Shown: in pieces, positions 1-7,376 of the stretch
Position numbering within the stretch: the first letter of the stretch is position 1
How the letters are laid out: each line of letters begins with the position of its first letter
NCBI GenBank assembly: GCA_045589595.1
Contig: JAZNPK010000043.1
Coordinates: 82,623 to 114,622, forward strand
Length of the DNA stretch: 32,000 nt
From: Victivallales bacterium
GTDB lineage: Bacteria > Verrucomicrobiota > Lentisphaeria > Victivallales > UBA1829
Direction: 5' to 3'
The notes under the pieces: model-generated
The model's input: only the letters and a program-made list of their open reading frames with translations
Database searches by the model: none
Told to the model about the DNA's origin: nothing
Position numbers and translations under genes: made by a program

Positions 1-1506
1 ACGCAGGGGAAACGGGTGATCGACGGATCCGGTCTTTTTGCTGTTCCCGGCTTCATCGACAGCCATGTCCATCTGGAATCCAGTCATCTTCTGCCTTGCG
101 AGTACGAGCGTCTGGTGGTTCCCCACGGCGTGACTGCGGCGGTTTGCGATCCCCATGAACTTGCCAATGTTGTCGGGGAAAAAGCTTTTGAATTTTTCCA
201 TGCCGCCGCCGGAAAACTTACCATGAGTCTGATCGTGAACCTGAGTTCCTGTGTTCCTGCGACCGGTTTTGAGACTTCCGGCGCAGAGATCGATTCCCGC
301 ACGCTCCGGAAATGGAAAGAAATGTATCCGGAAAGTTCTCCGGGTGAACTGATGAATGTGCCCGGTCTGCTCAACGGTGATGCAGAAGTCCTTGCAAAAG
401 CAGCACTTTTTGATGCCATCGACGGACACTGTCCGCAAGTTTCCGGAAAAGAACTCAATGCTCTCGCTGCTGCCGGTGTCGTGAATTGCCATGAAAGTAC
501 ACATTATGCGGAAGCGGTCGAAAAAATGCGCCGTGGGATGCAGGTGTTTATCCGGGAAGGTTCCGCCGCAAAAAATCTGGATGCCCTGCTGCCCCTGATC
601 ACCGTGGAAAATTCGCCGTTCCTCTCCTTCTGTACGGATGATCTTTCACCGCTGGAGATCGTTTCCGCCGGGCATATCGATTCCATGATCCGCCGCGCCA
701 TTGCGGCCGGAGTGACACCCCTCGCAGCTTACCGGGCGGCTTCGTGGTCCGGGGCAATGCACGCAGGTCTTACGGACCGGGGACTGCTGGCACCCGGTCG
801 CCGCGCCGACATCGTGTTGTTGTCCGATCTGGAAAAATGTACGGTCCGGGATGTTATTGTCAACGGGATCCCCTGTGGGGAATTGCCGGATCCTGCAGTG
901 GAAGTCCCGGCAGAATTTTACCGCAGTGTCAAATGCCGTTTTATTTCAGCGGAAGACCTTGCGCACGCAGTCGCGCGCGATGAAACGCCTGTCATCGGCG
1001 TCGTATCCGGTTCACTGATCACGGAGAAACTGATCAACGGAAAAATATCCGGCGATGTTCTGAAAGCGGCAGTTGTGGAGCGTCACGGAAAAAACGGCAA
1101 TATCGGTCTGGGATTTGTTCATGGTTTCGGGATAAAATCGGGCGCACTGGCAACAACCGTGGCACACGATTCACACAACATTTGTGCGATCGGGACATCC
1201 GATGAGGATATTGCCGCGGCGGTCAATGCTCTGATCCGGTATCAGGGCGGACTGGTCGTTGTGCAGAACGGGCAGGTGACGGCTGCTCTGCCGCTGCCGG
1301 TGGCGGGGCTGTTTACGGACCGCCCCTATCCGGAATTCAATGCTGGTTTTCAGAAAGTTATGGATGCCGCCCGACGGACGGGCTGTACGCTGCAGGAACC
1401 CTTCCACCAGCTTTCATTTCTGGCGCTGCCGGTGATCCCCCATCTGAAACTGACTGACAGAGGGCTGTTCGATGCGGATCTCTTCCGGCATATTCCGTTG
1501 AATTGA
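1..1506 (+). CDS. ade: Adenine deaminase, 5'-truncated by the window edge
   Basis: The frame is open from nt 1, so the GTG at 16 is internal. It has the amidohydrolase metal-binding motif GFIDSHVHLESS and the adenine-deaminase-typical block VAHDSHNICAIGTSDED...YQGGLVVV. Stop at 1504-1506. Confidence 0.85.
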   Translation, partial: TQGKRVIDGSGLFAVPGFIDSHVHLESSHLLPCEYERLVVPHGVTAAVCDPHELANVVGEKAFEFFHAAAGKLTMSLIVNLSSCVPATGFETSGAEIDSRTLRKWKEMYPESSPGELMNVPGLLNGDAEVLAKAALFDAIDGHCPQVSGKELNALAAAGVVNCHESTHYAEAVEKMRRGMQVFIREGSAAKNLDALLPLITVENSPFLSFCTDDLSPLEIVSAGHIDSMIRRAIAAGVTPLAAYRAASWSGAMHAGLTDRGLLAPGRRADIVLLSDLEKCTVRDVIVNGIPCGELPDPAVEVPAEFYRSVKCRFISAEDLAHAVARDETPVIGVVSGSLITEKLINGKISGDVLKAAVVERHGKNGNIGLGFVHGFGIKSGALATTVAHDSHNICAIGTSDEDIAAAVNALIRYQGGLVVVQNGQVTAALPLPVAGLFTDRPYPEFNAGFQKVMDAARRTGCTLQEPFHQLSFLALPVIPHLKLTDRGLFDADLFRHIPLN

Positions 1507-1524
1507 GAAGCAGAGGTGGATGCC

Positions 1525-1797
1525 ATGAATTACTTTACGGATATTACCTTCGTGTGTTTGTGTGATCCCGCCGTTCCGGAAGCGTTCCGGGTCAATGAAC
1601 TGATCCCGGTCTCCTGTCTGCGTTTTGCCACACCGTTACAGAATGGAGCCGGTCCGGAAAGCCTCGGTGTTCCTGTGACGGAAGATTTTGATACGGCAGT
1701 GGCGGATTGTGATGCCATTCTGCAGGAGATCATGTCGATGCCGGATGCGGCGGAGCGGTCGTCAGTCAGCGGCGGAACAGAAGCATTTTTCAACTGA
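1525..1797 (+). CDS. Small hypothetical protein (90 aa)
   Basis: ATG at 1525 lies 8 nt after GAGG (1513-1516), and the ORF fits between ade and the next gene. No recognisable motif. An equally long antisense ORF exists, so coding status is uncertain. Confidence 0.35.
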   Translation: MNYFTDITFVCLCDPAVPEAFRVNELIPVSCLRFATPLQNGAGPESLGVPVTEDFDTAVADCDAILQEIMSMPDAAERSSVSGGTEAFFN

Positions 1798-1823
1798 TAA
1801 GATAAGTAACAGAAAGGTCAAGA

Positions 1824-2912
1824 ATGAAAAAGATCAGAGTCGGGATCATCGGGCAGGGGCGCAGCGGCAGAGGTATTCACCGTCATCTTTTCACAACCGT
1901 CCCGGAACTTCAGGAACGCTTTGAAGTGGTTGCGATCGCGGACCGCATCAGAGAACGCTGGGAACCTGCGGATGCCGTACCCGATAATGGCGTGCGGAAA
2001 ACGGAAAACTACAAGGATCTGCTCAACGATCCGGATATCGACCTGATCGTCAATGCTACCATGAGCAAAGATCATGTCGATGTCAGCATTGAAGCGCTTG
2101 AAGCCGGTAAAGATGTGATTTGCGAGAAGCCGCTCTGCCGCACGGTCGCCGATGTGGAACGGATCGAAGAAGCCATTGCACGGACCGGCAGATTTTTTGC
2201 GGTGTTCCAGCAGTCCCGGTTCCGTCCGCTTTTCCGTAAATCGCTGGAGATCATGCAGTCCGGTATTCTCGGCAGGATCGTTATGATCAAAGTTGCCTAC
2301 AACACTTTCGGGCGCCGCTGGGACTGGCAGACGATCCAGGATATGTGCGCCGGAGAATTGCTCAATACCGGTCCGCATCCGATGGATCAGGTCGTTCAGT
2401 TTTACGGCGGAGATTACCCGCAGAACATCGTTTGTGTGATGGAGCGGACGAATACGAGCGGCGATGCCGAGGACCATATCAAGATCCTGATGCATGGCAA
2501 AGATCAGCCCACGGTGGATGTGGAAATTTCACGCTGCTGCATGTTCCCCGGGAATACTTACGAGATCTACGGAACAAACGGAGGTCTCAAAGCCTCCGGA
2601 AATACTGTCACGTGGAAATATTTTCTGCCGGAAGACGAGCCGGAGCGGCCGCTGGTGAAAGGTCCCCTTGAAGGGGCGGGGCGGATGCCTGTTTACTGCG
2701 GGGAGAAGATCCGGTATTATGAAAATACATGGAACAGCCCCCCGGAAGTCGGCGGTATGGATTACTGGGGACGCTGCTATTATCTGCAGGTTTACGATGC
2801 ACTGACCGCCGGCAAACCGATGGATGTCACTCTGGATCAGGTCAAACGCCAGATCCGTATGATCGAAGAGTGTCACCGTCAGAATCCCCTGCCGAAATTT
2901 GTGGAACTGTAA
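1824..2912 (+). CDS. Gfo/Idh/MocA family NAD(P)-dependent oxidoreductase
   Basis: N-terminal Rossmann motif MKKIRVGIIGQGRSG and the family motif ICEKP (EKP). Length (362 aa) and C-terminal alpha/beta domain are typical of the family. Confidence 0.85.
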   Translation: MKKIRVGIIGQGRSGRGIHRHLFTTVPELQERFEVVAIADRIRERWEPADAVPDNGVRKTENYKDLLNDPDIDLIVNATMSKDHVDVSIEALEAGKDVICEKPLCRTVADVERIEEAIARTGRFFAVFQQSRFRPLFRKSLEIMQSGILGRIVMIKVAYNTFGRRWDWQTIQDMCAGELLNTGPHPMDQVVQFYGGDYPQNIVCVMERTNTSGDAEDHIKILMHGKDQPTVDVEISRCCMFPGNTYEIYGTNGGLKASGNTVTWKYFLPEDEPERPLVKGPLEGAGRMPVYCGEKIRYYENTWNSPPEVGGMDYWGRCYYLQVYDALTAGKPMDVTLDQVKRQIRMIEECHRQNPLPKFVEL

Positions 2913-2940
2913 GTTTATACAGCAGTCCGATACAAAAAAT

Positions 2941-2977
2941 CAGCCGCCCCGGAAAGATGTGCCGGAGCGGCTTTTTG
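2941..2977. terminator. Bidirectional rho-independent terminator between convergent genes
   Basis: GC-rich hairpin AGCCGCCCCGG / CCGGAGCGGCT (2942-2952 and 2962-2972) followed by TTTTT and preceded by an A-run. It lies between the stops at 2912 (+) and 2997 (-). Confidence 0.6.
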
Positions 2978-2996
2978 CTTTCTGATCGATTCAGTT

Positions 2997-4292
2997 TCAG
3001 CCGAATGTCAGCAGGAGGATCGTCCCGTCTTTGATCCGTTCCGGCAGGTTGACCGGACAGAAATCGTGTGTCTGGTCCACGATCCGGCAGGAGGTGATCT
3101 TTTTCTCCGTCCGGAACACCAATTCCTGTTCTGTTCCGGTCAGGTTGACGATGACAGCTGCAGCTTCTGAATTCTTAACATCTTTTGCTGCAAGGACATA
3201 CAACTTTTCAGTATCGGTTTCGGCATTGACCTGCGTGCCGAGTTTGAACAGTTCATTGAACGCCACGAACGGCCAATAACTTTTCAGCGGCTCAAATGTC
3301 ATGGGGTTGAAAAGGGATCCGTAAAAACTGGTTCCGCACCGTGCATCATAGAACATGGCTTTCGCAAGTTCGGAGTTCTGCATCGTGATCAGCGTGGCTG
3401 CCGTTTCTGCTGCGTGTCCGGCTGATCCTTTGGGATTTCCGCGGGGATTCCATTCGTTCAAATGCTGTTCCACATCGCTCAGACCGTAATATTTCAGCCG
3501 TTCCGCAGCGTAATGTGCAAAGAATCCCACCGTTTCCGCGGTGCCGTAACAATGCCAGGAAAAGAAATCCAGCGGTGCGTTCTTTTCCGAAACAGCCTTG
3601 AGAAACGCATCGGCACATTCCAAGCGCCACTGATTGTTCTCATCAACGGCATCTTTCGGCATCATAGCGGCATAGAATCCGCAGCTGGCAGGACCGCCGA
3701 TCCTGATTTCCGGGAATTCGCGTTTCAGATATTCCGCCGTGGTGATATACAGGTCGATATACTGTTCGTATGTACCGGTCCACATTGCATTTTTTGTGGG
3801 ATCTTTTGCAAGATCTGCTTCATTCCAGATCTCCCAGTAACGGATCTTGTATTCAAATCCGTTCGCCCAGCCTTTTGTGTAATGGCGGATGATGCCCGCA
3901 CAGATTTTTGCCCATTTCTGAAAATCGGCAGGGGGATGGATGTGGTACGCTTTGCGGAAATATTCATTTTCGATGGTCACGCCCAGACGGTAATACGGTT
4001 CCACATCGGCTTCCATCAGCCCTGTGATCACGGGATCGGTGAAAGTGAAATCATAGGATGCGGGATCTTCCGGATCTGCATTGAAATCGGGAAAAACGTT
4101 CGGAATATCCACAAATCTGCCGCCGCCGAATGCGCCGCCGGTATCGTGCAGACGGGAGTAGGGGATGCCCGCTTCCGTGAGATAATGAAAAAGTTGCGTC
4201 CCGCTCCAGCCGAGGATCGGCGGTTGTCCAACGCCATGAACTTCTTTCATCGGACCGGAAGCCTGTGTGAAATCGATGTTTACTGTTGCCAT
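2997..4292 (-). CDS. Cytoplasmic clan GH-A glycoside hydrolase, GH39-like
   Basis: RYWEIWNEADL (acid/base NE motif) and HLNEWN (nucleophile-type motif) in a roughly 430-aa protein with no signal peptide. The family assignment is from memory of GH39 xylosidase motifs. Confidence 0.75.
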   Translation of the reverse strand: MATVNIDFTQASGPMKEVHGVGQPPILGWSGTQLFHYLTEAGIPYSRLHDTGGAFGGGRFVDIPNVFPDFNADPEDPASYDFTFTDPVITGLMEADVEPYYRLGVTIENEYFRKAYHIHPPADFQKWAKICAGIIRHYTKGWANGFEYKIRYWEIWNEADLAKDPTKNAMWTGTYEQYIDLYITTAEYLKREFPEIRIGGPASCGFYAAMMPKDAVDENNQWRLECADAFLKAVSEKNAPLDFFSWHCYGTAETVGFFAHYAAERLKYYGLSDVEQHLNEWNPRGNPKGSAGHAAETAATLITMQNSELAKAMFYDARCGTSFYGSLFNPMTFEPLKSYWPFVAFNELFKLGTQVNAETDTEKLYVLAAKDVKNSEAAAVIVNLTGTEQELVFRTEKKITSCRIVDQTHDFCPVNLPERIKDGTILLLTFG

Positions 4293-4436
4293 AATCCGTT
4301 TTTTCCTTTACCGTTTTTCAGCTGTTTTTTTATCGGTTATCCATACCATATCACCGGAAAAATAAAATACAAGCAGACCGGAGTATATATGGACAGAAGA
4401 CGCATAATATTATATGTAAAAATGTTACGCAGAGTC

Positions 4437-4464
4437 TTGAAAAGCCACTGAAAAATGCTAGAGT
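4437..4464 (+). promoter_or_regulatory. Candidate sigma70-type promoter for the four-gene cassette
   Basis: TTGAAA (4437-4442), a 16-nt spacer and TAGAGT (4459-4464), preceded by TGC (an extended -10-like TGn). This would give a leader of about 160 nt. Sequence-only guess. Confidence 0.25.
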
Positions 4465-4624
4465 ATGCCGTTGTCATTTTTTTGTCCGCAAACCGGAGTT
4501 GAGTCCGGTGGTACAGACAGAAATTGACAGGACCGGTCGTGTCTGAAAAAAAACGGCTGGTGGCAGAAGTTTTGCAATTCAGAAGTACAGTAGTTTAATG
4601 TCATAACAGCAACAATGAGGATGG

Positions 4625-6769
4625 TTGATTATGAGTCGGTTGGTAATATCGTTTGTGAAAGAATGGTTGAACGAAAAGCGCAGCAATGGAATACGTGTGA
4701 TCCGTCAACTTGAAAAATGGATCGCTTCTCTGGATAATGTTACATTCAAGGGCGGCTCCGCCCGTGAACTGATCGTGGAATTGCCGACCGAAGAACGGGA
4801 AAAATTTCTGAAAGATCTGGCAGAACGGATGACCGTTGATTTCGGTGAGACCGATCCCTGGGCACATACGATCTTTTCTGGCGATATTGACGGATTGGAT
4901 GTGCCGACCGGAGAAACAGAAGAATCCGGATCCGGCGAAACAGAAGAAATTGAAGATGATCCTGTTCCGCCGTCCGAAGATGAATCCGGAAAAGATGAGA
5001 CTCCGGAGGATGACGGTCCGCAGAAATCCCACACCGGAAAACGCGAAGGCTTGCCAAAGAAACTTGAACAGATCTTCAGTAAAGTCCCGATCAGACATTG
5101 TCCCGTATTGGAAGCCTATGCTCGCGAGACGGTTGAGGTGATACCGATGCTGCAGAAGATGGGGACTGCGTCCGCGTTGTGGCATCAGCATCTGCTGTTG
5201 GCTGTTGATCCCGGTTATGGGTGTTCTGAATTTTTTAATGATCTGGTTCAGATCTACAGAACGTACGGACTTGTGAAGGGAGGGGCTGCGAAACGATACG
5301 TGCAGGAGTACGCTCTGCTGCCACGGGGCAAAATGCAGGACAATGATAATGATTACTGTGTCACCTGGGCGAATCTGCTCAAAAAAGTGCAGGAAACAGC
5401 GCATGAAAATAAGTACGAAGGTGTTTCCACAGTATTGATCTGTATCGATATATCAGAATGGCAATCTCTGCTGGCAACATCCGAATGCAAAGATTATCTG
5501 CGCCAGCTGAATTCGCTGTGCGGTACTTTTCTTATCGTGTTCCGGATCCCGTTTGTTGTGGGGAATATGCTGAACGCCACGGCTGATGCGCTGAACGACA
5601 TCCTGAATGTGCGCACACTTGCCGTCCCGCCGGTATCTCTCAATGATATGGTCGATTATACATGCGAGGAATTGAAAAAGAATGGGTTGAGTCTTGACGA
5701 CAACGCACGCAATTCTCTGGAACAGACTCTGCTGCTTGAAAAAAGAGACGACAGCTTTTTCGGTTACAAGACAGCAGATAAGATCGTGCGGAAGATGATC
5801 TATAACAAGGCCCTTGCAAATTGCCGCAGCAAAGAGGATAACCGGGTCATCACCACCGGTGAATTTGAGCCGATCCCCGGTACAGGTGCCGATGACGACC
5901 CCATTGCCGAACTGAAGAAAATGATCGGGATGAGCGAAGTGGAACGGCGTCTCAACGAAGTGATCATACAGGTCAAGACCCAGAGAAAACTTGCCGCCCA
6001 GGGAAAAAATGTGGCAAGACCCGCCATACACATGATCTTTACCGGGAACCCCGGTACCGGAAAAACAACGGTGGCACGCATTCTTGCCCGCATGATGCAG
6101 CAGGAAGGCATTTTGCGCAAAGGGCATTTTGTGGAAGTCAAGGGACGCGATCTCTGTGGACAGTACGTGGGCGAAACTGCCCCGAAAACAAGTGCGATCT
6201 GCCGGGATGCGTACGGCTCTGTACTCTTTATCGATGAGGCATATACTCTGTTCAATCGTGATTTGGGCAGCAGGGATTTCGGACGCGAAGCGTTGGATAC
6301 CCTTGTGGCGGAAATGGAAAATCATCGCGAAGATCTTTGTGTCGTCATGGCAGGTTACAAGGATGAAATGGAAGTAATGCTCAAAGCCAATGCCGGTCTC
6401 AAAGACCGCATCCCCTTCGAGATCGAATTCCCCAACTACACAAAGGATGAACTTGAACAGATATTCTTTGTGATGCTTGACGGCGTTTTCGAGTATGAAA
6501 ATGACCTGCAGGAGGCAGTACATAAATTTTTTGCGGAAATACCGCAGGAAACATTTACTTCCAAAGGTTTCAGCAATGCGCGCCTTGTACGTAATCTGTT
6601 CGAACGTACATGGTGCAAAGCTGCATGCCGTCAGAATATGGAAGGCGGAGAATTGCGTATCCTCAAAAGCGATTTGATCGGGGCCGCCGCAGACAGCGAA
6701 TTCAAGAAACTTTTAGCGCAGAAAGCTGTAAAACGGACAGCAATCGGGTTTAATGCTTTACAGAAATAA
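4625..6769 (+). CDS. Tandem AAA+ protein: unknown N-domain and acidic linker, degenerate AAA+ module, then an intact CbbX/SpoVK/EccA-type AAA+ ATPase module
   Basis: Walker A GNPGTGKT (6044-6067) and Walker B VLFIDEAY (from 6224). The CbbX-type continuation FGREALDTLVAEMENHREDLCVVMAGYKDEM...NAGLKDRIPFEIEFPNYTKDEL is present. The more likely start is the ATG at 4631, 10 nt after GAGGA. An upstream module has DPGYGCSE in the Walker-A position and VLICIDISEW in the Walker-B position. Confidence 0.9.
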   Translation: MIMSRLVISFVKEWLNEKRSNGIRVIRQLEKWIASLDNVTFKGGSARELIVELPTEEREKFLKDLAERMTVDFGETDPWAHTIFSGDIDGLDVPTGETEESGSGETEEIEDDPVPPSEDESGKDETPEDDGPQKSHTGKREGLPKKLEQIFSKVPIRHCPVLEAYARETVEVIPMLQKMGTASALWHQHLLLAVDPGYGCSEFFNDLVQIYRTYGLVKGGAAKRYVQEYALLPRGKMQDNDNDYCVTWANLLKKVQETAHENKYEGVSTVLICIDISEWQSLLATSECKDYLRQLNSLCGTFLIVFRIPFVVGNMLNATADALNDILNVRTLAVPPVSLNDMVDYTCEELKKNGLSLDDNARNSLEQTLLLEKRDDSFFGYKTADKIVRKMIYNKALANCRSKEDNRVITTGEFEPIPGTGADDDPIAELKKMIGMSEVERRLNEVIIQVKTQRKLAAQGKNVARPAIHMIFTGNPGTGKTTVARILARMMQQEGILRKGHFVEVKGRDLCGQYVGETAPKTSAICRDAYGSVLFIDEAYTLFNRDLGSRDFGREALDTLVAEMENHREDLCVVMAGYKDEMEVMLKANAGLKDRIPFEIEFPNYTKDELEQIFFVMLDGVFEYENDLQEAVHKFFAEIPQETFTSKGFSNARLVRNLFERTWCKAACRQNMEGGELRILKSDLIGAAADSEFKKLLAQKAVKRTAIGFNALQK

Positions 6770-6772
6770 TCA

Positions 6773-7303
6773 ATGAACGAAAGGAAAAAAAGTATGGAAC
6801 GGGAACAAATTGTATCTGTGGTGCGTGATTGGCTTGATGCAAATGACTGGAATTATGAATACGATGCAGAATACCACTACATCACAAGCGGTATCACCTG
6901 CGGCGGGAAATTTCAAGCAGTCAGACTGCTTGTTGCTTTCTCAGAATATTCTTACTCGGTATACACGATTGCGCCGCTCGCCTGCGAACAGGAATATATG
7001 GACGAACTCAACCGGTATATGTCGCATCTGAACTTTACGCTCCAGAACGGTTACTTCAGCATTGATATGAGGGATGGCGAGATCCGCTATAAGATCTTCG
7101 TAAATTGTGATGATCTGGAACAGCTCCCGGATGTGATCATCAGAGACAGCATTCTCCTCGGTGCTTTGATGATGAATAAATACGAAACCGCTATCGCCGG
7201 AGTGGCTTTGGGTTTTTCAGATGCAAAAACTGAAATCAAGAAGCTGGAAGGGGATGACGATGATATGGAAGATACGGATGACGATGCCGGGGCAGAGGAA
7301 TAA
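6773..7303 (+). CDS. YbjN-like (T3SS-chaperone-fold) protein with a poly-acidic C-terminal tail
   Basis: The pattern VVRDWLDANDWNYEYD...FQAVRLLVAF..YSVYTIAPL....MDELNRYMSHLNFTLQNGYFSIDMRDGEIRYKIF matches my memory of the YbjN family layout. The tail is EGDDDDMEDTDDDAGAEE. An alternative start at ATG 6794 has the better RBS (AAGGA, 8 nt upstream). Confidence 0.65.
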   Translation: MNERKKSMEREQIVSVVRDWLDANDWNYEYDAEYHYITSGITCGGKFQAVRLLVAFSEYSYSVYTIAPLACEQEYMDELNRYMSHLNFTLQNGYFSIDMRDGEIRYKIFVNCDDLEQLPDVIIRDSILLGALMMNKYETAIAGVALGFSDAKTEIKKLEGDDDDMEDTDDDAGAEE

Positions 7304-7308
7304 AAAAT

Positions 7309-7332
7309 AAAATACAACCGCCCCTGTATTTT
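7309..7332 (+). terminator. Weak AT-rich hairpin (possible attenuator) between cassette genes 2 and 3
   Basis: 8-bp stem AAAATACA / TGTATTTT with an 8-nt loop ACCGCCCC. The stem runs straight into T residues. The all-AT stem makes it weak. Confidence 0.25.
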
Positions 7333-7376
7333 CTTTGAAGTTCACGTTGTGGAAAACACTGAAATGGAGTATGATA

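Noticed and set aside
4389-4451. 20-codon mini-ORF (MDRRRIILYVKMLRRVLKSH) with GGAG 5 nt upstream, in the spacer before the cassette
   Set aside because: It could be a leader peptide, but it lies upstream of my candidate promoter. It is too short to evaluate and I see no supporting conservation.
4524-4600. Alternative promoters for the cassette (TTGACA at 4524, and TTGCAA-17-TTAATG at 4572-4600)
   Set aside because: TTGACA has only an A-run where a -10 should be. The second candidate has a poor -10 (two or three matches out of six). I kept the extended -10 candidate at 4437-4464, and that only at low confidence.
3462-6523. Long alternative ORFs 3462-4451 (+), 4601-5404 (-) and 5453-6523 (-)
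   Set aside because: Each is antisense to a gene with strong motifs (the GH39-like hydrolase or the AAA+ ATPase). None has an RBS or recognisable domains.
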